From Mobula hypostoma (lineage: Eukaryota): a DNA stretch of 64,000 bases. Every line of letters begins with the position of its first letter. Position 1 is the stretch's first letter. Where the stretch lies: the NCBI RefSeq assembly GCF_963921235.1, contig NC_086107.1, forward strand, positions 101,434,001 through 101,498,000, given 5' to 3'. The translations under genes were made by a program, and so were the position numbers. The notes below the pieces were generated by a model. The model saw only the letters and a list, made by a program, of their open reading frames with translations. It did no database searches and was not told the origin of the DNA. Below, piece after piece: positions 39,145 to 52,954 of the stretch.

Positions 39145-40232
39145 ACCATATAACCATATAACAATTACAGCACGGAAACAGGCCATCTCGGCCCTTCTAG
39201 TCTGTGCCGAACTCTTACTCTCACCTAGTCCCACCGACCTGCACTCAGCCCACAACCCTCCATTCCTTTCCTGTCCATATATCTATCCAATTTAACTTTA
39301 AAGGACAACATCGAACCTGCCTCAACCACTTCTGCTGGAAGCTCATTCCATACAGCTACCACTCTCTGAGTAAAGAAGTTCCCCCTCATGTTACCCCTAA
39401 ACTTTTGTCCTTTAACTCTCAACTCATGTCCTCTTGTTTGAATCTTCCCCACTCTTAATGGAAAAAGCCTATCCACGTCAACTCTATCAATCCCCCTCAT
39501 AAATTTAAACACCTCTGTCAAGTCCCCCCCTCAACCTTCTACGCTCCAAAGAATAAAGACTTAACTTGTTCAACCTTTCTCTGTAACTTAGGAGATGAAA
39601 CCCAGGCAACATTTTAGTAAACCTCCTCTGTACTCTCTCAATTTTATTGACATCTTTCCTATAATTCAGTGACCAGAACTGCACACAATACTCCAAATTT
39701 GGCCTTACCAATGCCCTATACAATTTCAACATTACACCCCAACTCCTATACTCAATGCTCTGATTAATAAAAGGCCAGCAAACCAAAAGCTTTAATCACC
39801 ACCCTATCCACATGAGATTCCACCTTCAGGGAACTATGCACCATTATTCCTAGATCCCTCTGTTCTACAGCATTCTTCAATGCCCTACCATTTACCATGT
39901 ATGTCCTATTTTGATTAGTCCTACCAAAATGTAGCACCTCACATTTTTCAGCATTAAACTCCATCTCCCATCTTTCAGCCCACTCTTCTAACTGTCCTAA
40001 ATCTCTCTGCAAGCTTTGAAAACCTACCTCATCATCCACAACGCCACCTATCTTAGTATCATCTGCATACTTACTAATCCAATTTACCACCCCATCATCC
40101 AGATCATTAACATATATGACAAACAACACTGGACCCAGTACAGATCCCTGAGGCACACCACTGCACACCGCTACACACCGTCCTCCAATCTGACACACAG
40201 TTATCCACCACTATTCTCTGGCGTCTCCCAAC
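39145..40232 (-). mobile_element. CR1 LINE 3' fragment (gcat intron 8)
   Basis: ORFs 39764-40198, 39505-39786 and 39225-39521 contain SGVPQGSVLGP, KYADD and RPNLEYCVQFW. (AACCATAT)n tail. Confidence 0.93.
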
Positions 40233-40787
40233 CCTTTGTCCTACCCAACCCTCTCAACCTTCGCTACTGAAAACTAACTTCTTTTCTCTCATTTCTTTTT
40301 CTGACTATGGCCTCCACACCTGAAATGTTACTGGTTTCTCTTTCCACAGATACTGCCTGACCTTTTGAGTGTTTCCTGTCTGTTCTGTTTTTATTTGGAG
40401 CTCCAGCATTTTGATTTTCATTCACTGAGTCAGCTCCCTGCCATCTGATTGGTCTTTCCATCAGGGCCTTGAATGCCAGGATTTCAGCAGGGTTGTTGGA
40501 CGTGGCCTTCCAGACTGGAGTGGGAGTTAAATCCACTCCTTTGGTTTGTTTTGAATTGAGTGGGCTTCTGTACTTCAGAGACTGAAGGATAGATTAACCA
40601 GGTTAGCCACATCGTTCCTCTGAGTCAACCCCATGCTGGCTGATCAGAATCTTCCAGCAAAGATTCAGCTGGCTTTATCCTCTGCAGCAGGATTTGATGA
40701 CGTACACACTGTAATTATCAGGAAATACTTCCCTATCCAGGATTTGTTAAGCCAATCTAATATTCAGCTTGTCTTTCCTTTCCTCAG

Positions 40788-40939
40788 GAATATACGTGAT
40801 AGGCTTCAGCTACCCTGTGGTGCCGAAAGACAAAGCACGGATCCGTGTGCAGATCTCTGCGTCCCATAGCGATGAGGATATCGACCGGTGCGTGCAGGCC
40901 TTCCTCGAAGTTGGACACAAACATGGAGTGATTCAGTGA
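40788..40939 (+). CDS. gcat: gcat exon 9 (coding part, 152 nt, to TGA stop)
   Basis: Acceptor ctttcctcag|. Encodes [49 protein letters not shown]. The nine exons sum to 1260 nt (419 aa + stop) with consistent phases. Confidence 0.97.
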
Positions 40940-41160
40940 AAGCCGCTTGAAGTACAAAAAATTCTGAACATTATTTTCCAGACAGTTCAATTCAAGGTTT
41001 ACTGAGTCTGATTTTTAACCCTGCTTTTGGAAGGGTGTATCAGACTAGTGAGAAACAATTTCCTTTTTTTGATTGCATTTGAAAATAGAGTATTGCAATT
41101 ATTCCATTGATTGTTTTAGACTTGTTCTATTCACTCACATCCCAAGCTCCTGAGTATTTG

Positions 41161-41360
41161 GGAACATGAGATCCTGCAGATGTTAGAAATCTAGAGCAAA
41201 ACACACAGGAACTCAGCAGGTCAGGCATGAGCAATGGAAAGGAATAAACAGTCATTTAATGTTTCAGACTGAGACCATTCATCAGATTCTCAGCCTGAAA
41301 TGTCGACTGTTTACTCCTTAACATAGATACTACCTGACTTTCTGAGTTCTTCCAGCACTT
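41161..41360. mobile_element. Fold-back Penelope 3' module insertion downstream of the gcat stop
   Basis: Inverted arms. 10-bp direct repeat TGAGTATTTG at 41151-41160 and 41361-41370. Confidence 0.7.
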
Positions 41361-43034
41361 TGAGTATTTGCAATCCCTCATTCTGATGTACCACGGAGCT
41401 GTGCTGTCTGGTCTGGTTGGTAGGTCTCCAGCTGTTTGAGGAATTTATTTACACATGGAAACACCTTCACCATGTCTTAACCATTTACAACCTGACAGAT
41501 CCTTGTCCATTCAGTTCTGTCTTCTCTTTCCTAGATAAAAGCCCCAGCCTGCTTGGTCTTTCCCGATGGATGTCACCTCTCTATTCTTGCTGCTCTTTTC
41601 AGCGTATCTATGTTCTTTGTTATATGGATCTGGAGCTGTATGCCATGCTCCCACTGTGGTCTCCAAAGCACTTCAAAACCTCTGACACCTGGAATTTCCG
41701 CCATACTGCTAGTGTCTTCCACAGTGAAGACATGCTAAATAATTACTCAGTTCATCCGCCATTTCCTTGTCACTAATTACTATCTCTCGATCATTGTTTT
41801 TCCAGCAGTCCGATATCCCCTCTCGCCTCTTTTACACTTAATGTATCTGAAGAAACTTTTGGTATCGTCTTTAATATTATTGACTAGCTTTCTTCTTGCC
41901 TTCTTAATTACTCTTTTTTTTAGTTGCCTTCTGTTGGCTTTTAAAAGTTTCCCAATCCTTGAACTTCCCCCTAATTATAGCCCTCTCTTTGGCTTTTATA
42001 TTGGTTTTGACTTCTCTTGTTAGCCATGGTTGTGAGATCTTTCTTTTAGAATACTTTGTCCTCTGGGATGTATATATCCTGTGCCTTTGCTACTCTGCTA
42101 TCGTCCCTGCTAGTGTTCTTTTCCAATCAATTCTATCTAGCCAGTTCCTCTCTCATGCCTCTGTAATTCCCTTTACTCCACTATAATATCTAGTGTATTA
42201 TCTAGTACTGGTGAATAAACCTGGTCAGGTGTCAGATCCCTTGGTGGGTGAGCATTTCAGAGACACTGATCACAGCTCCCTGACTTTTTAGCATAGCTTT
42301 AGAAAGGGATAGGAGCAGACAGTATGGCAAAGTATTTAATTGAAGGAAGGAGAATTATAATGCAATTTAGATAGGAACTCTGATGCATGAATTGGTAACA
42401 AATGTTCTCAAGAAAATGTATAATGGTAATGTAGAGTTTAAAGGAAAATGTTCTTTTCAGGAGGATTTTGTGTGTAGCATGTATGACTACAGAGATAACC
42501 TTAACCTTTCAGCTTCATGTGTGTGAGTGCAGTTCTGTTCCGATGTCGGAGGACACCTTGACACAGAGTTGGCCTTGGGTCAGCTATCAGCCAAGTTCTG
42601 AGCTCACAAACTACCAGAGATAGGGAAGGAAATGGTTTATAATATCCAATATTTTCCACCAACCTCCTGAGACAATCTCCAGAGTCCTTTGAGAGGCTGC
42701 ATAGATTTATCAGAATCTGCAGAGAATTTATCAGGGATGTTTGCCTTGCAGCAGAGAGGGTTAAAGAGAAATTTAATTAAGGTGTACTACATAATGTGTT
42801 GTTTGACAGTAAATTGAGAGAAATTATTTCCAACAGTAGGGCATGGGTAACAGGAGGTGAATTAATTGTCAAATTTTCCAAATACAGCTGGAGTTGTTAT
42901 CATTTGAAGTGAGCTGTTGGAATAAGACCTGATAATTTATAGAGATACCCAGCAGCCACAGACCCTTTAGTCCATCTTGCCCATGATGACCATCGGTACC
43001 CATCTACATCTGTCATAATTTAGTACACTTCCAT

Positions 43035-44345
43035 TAGAATCAGAATCAGATTTATTATCGCCAGCATATGTCATGAAATTTGTTAACTTAGCAGCAGCAA
43101 CAATGCAATACATAATATAAAAGGAAAAATAATAAATCAATCACAGTATATGTATATGAATAGATTAAAAACCATGCAAAAACAGAAATAATATATATTA
43201 AAAAGTGAGGTAGTGTTTATGAGTTCTATGTCCATTTAAGAATTGAATAGCAGAGGGGATGAAGCTGTTCCTGAATCACTGAGTGTGAGTCTTGAAGCTT
43301 CCGTATCTCCTACCTGATGATAGCAAAGAGAAAAGGACATGTTCTGGGTGCTGGGGGTCCTTAATAATAGATGCTGTCTTTCTAAGATGCTGCTCCCTGA
43401 AGATATCCTGGGTACTTTGTAGGCTAGTACCCAAGATGGAGCTGACTAAATTTACAACCCTCTGCAACTTCTTTCAGTCCTTTGCAATAGTCCCCCCCCG
43501 CCATACTAAACAATGATACAGCCTGTCAGAATGCTCTCCATGGTACTTCTATAGAAGTCTTTGTTGACACACCAAATCCCTTCAAACTCCTAATGAAGTA
43601 TAGTCACTGTCTTGTCTTCTTTATAGCTGCATCGATATGTTGGGACCAGGTTAGGTCCTCAGAGATCTTGACACCCAGGTACTTGAAACTGCTTACTCTC
43701 TCCACTTCTGATTCCTCCGTGAGGATTGGTATGTGTTCCTTCCTCTTACCCTTCCTGAAGTCCACGATCAGCTGTTTCGTCTTACTGACGTTGAGTGCCA
43801 GGTTGTTGCTGCGACACCACTCCACTAGTTGGCATATCTCGCTCCTGTACACCCTCTCGTCTCCATTTGAGATTCTACCAACAATGGTTGTATCATCAGC
43901 AAGTTTATAGATGGCATTTGAGCTATATCTAGCCACACAGTTATATGAGTATATAGAGAGTAGAGCAGTGGGCTAAGTGCACACCCCTGAGGTGCACCAA
44001 AGTTAATCGTCAGCGAGGAGGTGATATTATCACCAATCCGCATAGATTGTCGTCTTCCAGTTAGGAAATTGAGGATCCAATTGCAGAGGGAGGTACAAAG
44101 GCCCAGGTTCTGTAACTTATCGATCAGGGTTGTGGGAATGATGGTATTAAATGCTGAACTATAGTCAATGAACAGCATCCTGACGTAGGTGATGGTACTG
44201 TCCAGGTGGTCTAAGGCCGTGTGGAGAGCCATTGAAATTGCATCAACCATTGACATCTTGTGGCAATGGGCAAATTGCAATGGGTCCAGGTCCTTCCTGA
44301 GGCAAGGGTTCAGTCTAGTCATGATCAACCTCTCAAAGCATTTCA
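43035..44345 (-). mobile_element. Rex1/Babar-like LINE, RT and 3' end
   Basis: [55 protein letters not shown], and C-terminal IIKDPQHP..LFSLL.SGRRY. Confidence 0.9.
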
Positions 44346-44754
44346 TAGGTCCCCCCTCAGCCAATTCTGCTCCAAGGAAAATAACCCCAACTCTCCAGTC
44401 TCCTGTAACTGAAGCACTCCATCCAGCCCACATCCTGGTGAATCTCCTTTGAATGATCTCTGGTGCAATCACACCCTTCCTGTAGTGTGATGATTGAACT
44501 GTGTTCAATACTCCAGTTGTGGTCTAGCCACTGCTTTATAAAGTGGTGTTATGATGCCCCTACTCGTACGTTCTGTGCTCTGGCTAATGAAAGTAAGTGT
44601 TGTATTTGCCACCTTCACCAGCTTATCGACCTGTGCTGTCAAGGATTCTTGGATATACATCAATGTCCATCTGTTCCTCAACACCTCCTAGGGCTCTACC
44701 ATTCATTGTGTGTATCCTTCCCTAATTAGACCTCCTACATTTCATTAACACACA

Positions 44755-45295
44755 ATAATCTGCAGATGCTGGGGTCAAAGCAACACTCACAACACGCTGG
44801 AGGAACTCAGCAGGTCGGGCAGCATCCGTGGAAATGATCAGTTGACGTTTTGGGCCGGAACCCTTCGTCAGGACTGTAGGGGGAAGGGGCAGAGGCCCTA
44901 TAAAGAAGGTGGGGTAAGGTGGGAAGGAGAAGGCTGGTAGGTTCCAGGTGAAAAACCAGTAAGGGGAAAGATAAAGGGGTGGGGGCGGGGAAGCAGGGAG
45001 GTGATAGGTAGGAAAGGTGAAGAAAGAATAGGGGAAAACACAATGGGTAGCAGAAGGAGGCGGAACCATGAGGGAGGTGATAGGCAGCTGGGGGAGGGGT
45101 AGAGTGACATAGGGATAGGGGAAGGGAGGGGAGGGAATTACCGGAAGTTGGAGAATTCTATGTTCATACCAAGGGGCTGGAGACTACCTAGACGGTATAT
45201 GAGGTGTTGCTCCTCCAATCTGAGTTTAGCCTCATCATGGCAGTAGAGGAGGCCATGTATGGACATATCTGAATGGGAGTGGGAAGCGGAGTTAA
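44755..45295 (-). mobile_element. Penelope-like element 3' fragment
   Basis: ORF 45138-45326 is nearly identical to the 11107-11337 peptide. Flanking direct repeat TTTCATTAACACACA at 44740-44754 and 45311-45325. Confidence 0.85.
44840..44875 (-). ncRNA. Degenerate hammerhead motif (GAAA changed to AAAA)
   Basis: Minus strand reads AGUC-CUGACGA-A-GGG-UUCCGG-CCC-AAAA-CG-UC-AACU. Probably inactive. Confidence 0.5.
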
Positions 45296-47744
45296 CATTG
45301 CTTAACTCTGTTTCATTAACACACACTCACAGGATTAAATTCCATCTGTTATAACCCTGCCCAGTTTACCAACCACTCAGTATTACCTAGTGGCCCAGGT
45401 TCGATCCTGACCTTCGGTACTATCTGTATGGAGTTTGCATTTTCTCTCTGCAGTAATATGTGTAATATACAGTTTGTATAGGGATTACTCAGTATGTATT
45501 CACATGTATAGGTACCTTCAGGGTGGACTTTGAGATGTTTTTACAGCTGGAAGAATCTTGAAAAGGAGGAGCTGTGGATCCAAAGATGAACCGGAGGTCT
45601 GGGGTAGAAGGAGTAGAGAGGGTTGGAGAACAGCTGGGCATCACTGGTTGGGTCAAAGAGCCAGGTAATCCCTTGCCTGCTGCAGCCCCTGAGGATGGGC
45701 AACGGGCTTCAGATACTCGTTCAGCGCCCAATACCCTGTTGTTCCCCCCAAGTGTTGTCTGCCCCCCCAGCTGGGGGTGGGGGGAGGGTTGGGGTGTGGG
45801 GAGTTTATTCTGCCCTTCCACACACACAGTTCACCTGTCATCCCCACCAGATGCTTGAGTCTGGAGAGAGTTGGTGTCCAGCACAGATCTGGAGGCTTCC
45901 TGAGTATCTGTGCTTCACACCAACATCTGCATCCCATCCCTTTGTACGATCGGAGAGTCAGAACACAGAAACAAGTCTTTGGCCCATCTATTCCATGACG
46001 GCCTGGTTCTCTGCCTAGTCCCACCTACCTGCACCTGGACCATAGCCCTCCGTGTCTCTGCCATCTATGTACCTGTCCAAGCTTCCCTTCAGTGTTCCAA
46101 CTGAACCCATATCCACTGGCAGCTCATTCCACACTCTCACCACTCCCTGAGTGAAGATCCCCCTCAGATTCACTTTAACATTTCACCTTTCACCCCAAAC
46201 TAATGACTTCTCATTCCAGTCTCACCCAACCTGACAGGAATTAGCCTGCATCCATTTATCCTATCTATACCCCTCATAATCTTGTACGCCTGTGGTGTAA
46301 AGAGGCAGGCAAGGGGTAGGTGCTCACCCTTGGTCCCTCACAGACTTAAACCCTCATGGGCGGTGACAGGAAAGCAGAGAGCTGCAGGCACTGGAAATCT
46401 GAGCTAAACAGCAGAAAGCACCAGCGATGCACGTCAGGCCAGGCAGCGCCTGAGGAGAGAGAAGGATCAGTGAGTGTCCTGCGTTGATGGCCCTTTATTA
46501 GAACTTTGAGGAATCTTCAGCAGGCTGACAGGGGGCTGGGAGGAAACACAGGAGCCTTCAATAAAATAGTTCTGCTTCCTTTGTGAACAGCTGTGGCTCC
46601 TGATCAATGAAACATCTGCAGAGGAGGTGGGGGTTTGTAGAATACATCCCGGAGAGCAAGCATGGAAAATGGTGGGCTGAATGGCCTCCTGACTTGTGTC
46701 ACTCTAAGATTTCAGGTGCTGGGGTTGACTTGGTTGGCAGTGAAGTCTCTGCCTCTAACCCAGCAGAACCACCAGGCTCTCAACAGCTCTGGTGACACTT
46801 GAGAGTGAGAGACAGGGAAACTGGTTGAAATGCAAAGGTGGTAACCTGCAGGGTTCGATTGGTCAGCAAGAGCAGATCAGTGCTTGCGTGAATGGAACTG
46901 GGCAGCTGTGGAATGGACTGGGGTCACAGCTGGAATTCCACAAAGTAAAACAGAAAAAGCTGGAGATACCCGTCAGGTTGGACAGCATCTGTAGAGAGGG
47001 AAACCGTTAATGTTTTCAACTTGAAACGTTAATTCTGCCTCTCTCTGTCCATGGATGCTCTCAACTTGCGGGATATTCCCTGTTCTTAGTTCCTGACTCT
47101 TAACAGAAAATCTACAGATGCTGGAAATCAAAGTAATACACGCAAAATGCTGGAGGAACTCAGCAGGCCAGGCAGCATCCTGCAGAGTTCCTCCAGCATT
47201 TTGTGAGTATTTCTCCGAACAGTGGGACGTACATCATTAACCCTAAAGAGCCATGCGACTACGTGAGCAGCGTGAGTATCAGACCAGAAACGCATTGAAC
47301 ATACAACTAGAAATGGAGCCAAATTCCCTAACATTACTTTAAATAAGAACACCAGATGTTAATGTTGCATTTGTTCTGACCCAACTATATTTATCTATAG
47401 GTGTGACTGAGGGTCCAGTCCCTGTCTGTGTGAGTACAATGATCAGTTCCACACCACTTGGCCTGTAATATAATAGATGCTGTTCTGGTTTTGTCTAATC
47501 AGCTGACTCAAACCCTTCACTGTACCAATACACTCAGTGGAAATGGATTAGGGGCTGCTTTCTTCTTCAAAGATTCCTGCTGTAACTGTACACCCTTGTG
47601 TCTTTACTGCCTAATGGTTTTCTAATGGGGGTCCTGGGTTTATGGAAAGCTTTTCATACTCTAAGAGAATTTAGTTGCGTCATCGGTGTGGGTGTCACCA
47701 GTCTTGGGGTCATCAACCACCTGTTACTGATCTGGTTGTCACCG

Positions 47745-47910
47745 GTCTAGGTTTCAGCACTCTGGGTGTCACTGGTATGGGGTGTTGCTAGTTTGGGTGT
47801 CACTAGTATGGGTGTTGCTGGTTTGGGTGTTGCTAGTTTGGGTGTCACTGGTATGGGTGTTGCTGGTTTGGGTGTCACTGGTATGGGTGTTGCTGGTTTG
47901 GTTGTTACTG
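47745..47910. repeat. 15-bp tandem repeat GGGTGT(TG/CA)CTGGT(T/A)T
   Basis: About 10 alternating units. Confidence 0.9.
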
Positions 47911-48354
47911 ACTGACAGTGGTCTAGTAACTGGAATAACATTGGGTGTGTTTGGAGGAGCTGGATCAGTTTTGGCTGGGAGGTCGAGGGAGGGGACATTT
48001 CCACCGGATGGGGGTCAGGAACACAGAGACAGAGCACGATTTAAAAAAAAAAGCAGATGGAGCAAGGTAGGGAGAGGAGTACAGAGAATGGAGACGGCTG
48101 CTGGAGGGAGATAGACAGGACACCATGGGCTTGGATCGGGTAAGTATAGAAGGTAAGTGTGGGAATCATAAAGGGGAGAGGAGAAAGGCAAATCAGAAAC
48201 AGGTGGGGGGAGGTGTTGATGAGGGAGCCTCAGGGTGGTGTGTGTGTGTAGTGAGTGGATGGGATGGGGGGTGGGGGCGCAGGAAGGACGAGGACAAAAA
48301 TAAGAACACCACTGGAGAGGATGGGGGGGGCAGGAGGAGAGAAAAAGAAAAGAG

Positions 48355-48630
48355 GAGGATTACCTAAAATTGGCAAACCCAGTGTTCGTGCCCTCGGGTT
48401 GTAGACTACCCAGGTGGAATACAAGATGCTCCTTCAGTTTGATTTGGGCTTCGTCCTGGCCATAGAGGAGACTGAAGATGGGCAGGTCGGTGTGGGAGTG
48501 GGAGTGGGAAGGGGAACTGGAATAGTCAACAGCTGAGAGCTCGGGATGGCCACTGTGGAGTGCGTGTAGGTTCTCTGCGAAACAGGTGCCCATTCTGCGC
48601 TGGGCCTCGTGGATGTAGGGGAGGCCACCA
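48355..48630 (-). mobile_element. Diverged Penelope-like GIY-YIG fragment
   Basis: ORF 48360-48593 contains SHSHSHTDLPIFSLLYGQDEAQIKLKEHLVFHLGSLQPEGTN. Confidence 0.7.
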
Positions 48631-49044
48631 AATGCAGATGTATCTACTGCCCTTTGTCGTTCCTCACAACAGAGGAGGTGAAGCCTTGTAGGAGATGGGG
48701 AGGCTTGGGGGTGTCCATAGGTGACACACTCTCAACAGTAGTCTCAGCCTCTGTCCTCATCTTAAAGCTGTAGTATCCAGGCGGCTGATCTAGTTGTGTT
48801 TCTGGTTAGTGGGGTCCGCCAGGATGTCAGTGGAGGGAGCATTCAGTGATGGCGATGTTACTGAATGCCGAAGGTAGCTGCTGAGATTCTCCTTTGTTGA
48901 AGGTAGTCATTGTCTGGTACTTAGCGGCATTAATGTTATCTACCACTAAATCATGAGTGAATGTTACACTGCCTTATCATTTCCTCTTATATAACAAGGT
49001 CAAAGACAAGTTTATCACCATCTGCAGAAGGACAAATGTGCACA

Positions 49045-49595
49045 GACACGAGAAAATCTGCTGAAGCTGGAAATACAAAGCAACACACACAAAATGCTGG
49101 AGGTACTCAGCAGGTCAGGCAACCTGTATGGAAAAGAGTAAACAGTTGATGTTTTGGGCCCAGACTCTTCTTCAGTACTGAGAGGGAAGTGGGGAGGTGC
49201 CTGAATTAAAAGGTGGGGTGAGGGGAAAGAGGCTAGCATAAGAGGCTAGATAGGTGAAGCCAGGTGGGTGGGAAAGGTCAAGGGCTGGAGAAGAAAATCT
49301 AATAGGAGAGGAGAGTGGACCAAAGGAGAAAGGGAAGGAGGAGGAGGGTCAGGAGGGAGGAATAGGCAGGTGAGAAGGAGTTAAAGGTCTGAGTGGGGAA
49401 TAGAGGAGGGGGGAGAATTTTGTTCACCAGAAGGAAAGATCGTTATTCATACCATCAGGTTGGAGTCTACCTGGATGGAATATAAGGTGTTACTCCTTCA
49501 CCCCGAGGGTGGCCTCACCTTGGCACAAGAGGAGGCCATGGATCAACACTTCAGAATGAGAATGGGAATTGGAATTAAAATGTTTGGTCACAGGT
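49045..49595 (-). mobile_element. Penelope-like element 3' fragment
   Basis: HFNSNSHSHSEVLIHGLLLCQGEATL plus the same 3' module with a decayed hammerhead. Confidence 0.75.
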
Positions 49596-50810
49596 TCAAC
49601 ACTTGGAACAGCATCGTAGGGATAATACATTATCATCATCATGTGCTGTGTCATATGGCATAGATGGTTAAGATCTGGGACCATGATTGTCCTTGACAAA
49701 TTCTACAGAAGTGTTTTGGCATTGTCTTCTTCTGGACAGTGTCTTTACAAGACAGGTGAGCCTAGCCATTATCAATACTCTTCAGAGATTGTCTGGTGTC
49801 ACTGGTTGCATAACCAGGACTTGTGATGTGCACCAGCTGCTCATATGACCATCCACCACCAGCTCCCATGACTTCACATGACCCTGATCGAGTGGGGGGG
49901 GGGGGCCCTAAGCAGGTACTGCACCTTGCAGGCTAGTGGAGGGAAAGAGCGCCTTACACCTCTGGTAGAGACGTACCTCCACCCTGCCACTCTAGTTAAC
50001 CAGCAATCACAAGAAAAACATAACTTATAAAGTGTACACCATTTTGTAAGATAGTGCACAATTAGAACAACAGTCCATTGTAGTACAAAGTGATCACCAC
50101 ATCAGTCGTGTTACTATACTGAGGTAGCAATTAGGATTGTACAAGTTGGTTCCAGAAGCAAAAGGTTGAAGGGAAGTGGCTGTTCTTGAACTTGCTGGTC
50201 TGGGACTCCAGGCTTCTGCCTAATGGTAGCTGTGAGAAGGTGGCATGGTACAGGTGGTGGAGACCTTGACAATGAAGGTTGCCTTCCTGAGGCAGTGTTT
50301 CCTGTAGGTACGTTTGTACTACAGATGGAGTGCTGGGACGTGCCCATGATGTTTCGGGCAGAGTTCACTGCTCTCTATTGATCCTGCGCATTTGAATTGG
50401 CGCATCGGATGGGGATGCAGCAATGACACAAACTGGAAAGAGCAGTCGTAAGCAGGCGCAAGAAGACTCAGCGTGTGGATAGCTTTAGCGCTCAGTCTGA
50501 CAAGCAAACGACTACCTCTTAAATGTTACTGTTATGTTAATACAGAGCAGGCACGCTATATGATTCTCCAACAGGTTCACACTGCATTTACAGTCCATAT
50601 GCTACAGATTTAGATGAAGATTTATTTATTACAAGTACATTGTAACATACAGTGAAATGCATCTTTTGAGTTAACAACTAACACCTATGCAGTCACAAGT
50701 GCCACCACACATTCCAGCGTCAGCAGAGCGTGCCCACAATGTTTAGGAAGACAACACTAAACACAGCAAGACATAATACAACAGGCAACAGAACAACAGC
50801 AGCAAATGAA

Positions 50811-51014
50811 AACACCAGGAATTCTGCAGATGCTGGAAAGTCAAGCAACACACATCAAAGTTGCTGGAGAACGCAGCAGGCCAGGCAGCATCTCTAGGAG
50901 GAGGTACAGTTGACGTTTTGGGCCGATGAAGGGTCTCGGCCTGAAACGTCGACTGTACCTCTTCCTAGGGATGCTGCCTGGCCTGCTGCGTTCACCAGCA
51001 ACTTTGATGTGTGT
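50811..51014. mobile_element. Fold-back mini-insertion of the Penelope 3' module
   Basis: Two inverted copies of the module with arms of about 75 bp. 13-bp TSD AGCAGCAAATGAA at 50798-50810 and 51015-51027. Confidence 0.85.
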
Positions 51015-51969
51015 AGCAGCAAATGAAGGCCCTTTCCTCCCTCCATCCAACCCAGCCACACACATGGACGGCCCTCCAACTCCAGGACGGGCCGCCAGGC
51101 GTCTGGTCTCCAGGCCTCAGCCATCGGATGTCAGCTTCTGGACTTCCAACCTTTGGTCTCTGGTGTCGATGACAGGAACCCGAACTCAATACAAACGCTA
51201 CATAAGCACATTGCAACAACTAACTACTGTCAGTCACTGTTGAATGTTTATACTTTTGGACCCGGTTTTAGGCACCAGATTAACAGCTCACTAAAATAAT
51301 GCCAAAGATTTGTCCAGCATTAAGCAAAATCCCAGTTGAAGAAGTAGGTTTTAGGGATTATTTTAGAGAGGTGGGTGGTGGAGATTGGAGATGCCTGATT
51401 CACGGCTCCTAATGGTGAGGGCGGGATGAATAGAGGAGCATACGGCGATGGGAGAGCTGCTCACAAAGAGGGCATGGATTGGAATACACATGTATTTATC
51501 CGTTAGGAAGAAAACAAGAGTTTAAACCAGAGTGTAATCTCAAACTGGCAACCTTCCTGCCCCAGTTAATTAGCTTGAGTGGATTAGTGAGTTTTCATCT
51601 GCTGCCGGCTCAGCTCTCTATGATAAGTGAGTGTCACCCGCCTGCAGTACTCCTGACTGCACGATAATTAACATCAATCCCAGTCTCCAGTAGTGCCTCT
51701 GTTCACCCGCACCTCATTTCAATTACTCCATCCTTTTACCTGGACCTCGTAACTCACAGAGGCTCTTGTTTGTTAGAGCACGTCAGCCCGTCGCCCACCC
51801 TAAACATTCGCTTCCACCGCCATCAATGCAGATCTCGACCTCTCACTCTCCCTCCACTTCCTCACTCAAAGCTTATCAATCACCGACATTGCTGTAGCTC
51901 ACCCAGGCAGTTCTGACTTACACCCCATTGCACTGAGGCTGTTTAAGGACAGCAGTGAAGTTCCTCCAG

Positions 51970-52270
51970 AACCAGAGGCCACAGTTTAAGAATGAGGGGT
52001 AGACAATTTAGAACGGAGTTGAGGAAAAACTTTTTCATACAGAGAGTTGTGGTTCTGTGGAATGCTCTGCCTCAGAAGGCAGTGGAGGCCAATTCTCTGG
52101 ATTCTTTCAAGAAAGAGTTAGATAGAACACTTAAAGATAGTGGAGTGAAGGGATATGGGGAGAAGGCAGGAAAAGGGTACTGATTGTGGATGATCAGCCA
52201 TGATCACAGTGAATAGTGGTGCTGGCTTGAAGGGCTGAATGGCCTACTGCTGCACCTATTGTGTTGTCTA
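51970..52270 (+). mobile_element. CR1 3' end fragment
   Basis: ORF 51992-52183 contains FRTELRKNFFIQRVVVLWNALP...FKKELD. Confidence 0.8.
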
Positions 52271-52954
52271 TTGTCCTCCTTCAATGAATGTCATACTGTT
52301 GCACTCAAATGTAGAAGGATTCTTCATTGCTGTTTCCGTAACAATTTTGTTTTGATCAGTCAGGTTTGTTAGCCCTGAGCTGAACCCACCCAAACCTGGA
52401 GGACCGGTGGACCACTCTTGGTCTGGTCTCTGACCTTTGATTTGTTTGGCATGGGTGACCCTACCAGGAATCAAAGCACAAAGCCCTGACTCCAGCCAGC
52501 ATGGCTCTCTGGGTCACTGAGGGACGCAAGCCTCCAAACCAAAACAAGGTTGTGGTCCTCTTGGAGGAGGCAGTTCCTCACCACCTGGAAGGGCTGTGGG
52601 TCATTAGGAACACCACCACCTGCAGGTTCCCCTGGCACGCTCCACACCATGCCCGCTTGGGAATATAATCCACCTGCCCGGTGGGTATAAACTCCCTCAA
52701 CGGCACCGCGGGAGCACCTTCTCCAGAGGGACTGCAGATGTTCACCACTGCCTTCTCCAGGGCCACCCAATGTGGGTGTCACCAGGGCCACCCGTGTCCT
52801 GAAAAGTGAATCGGAGGTGACAGGATTAACTCCCAATGATCCAATGTCATTGTTTCTCCCATCTCACTTCTCATCGATAAGGCACAGAAGATGACTCCAT
52901 GCCGATCATCAACCACCCCGTCACACCAGCACTACACCGAGCCGGTTTTATTCT

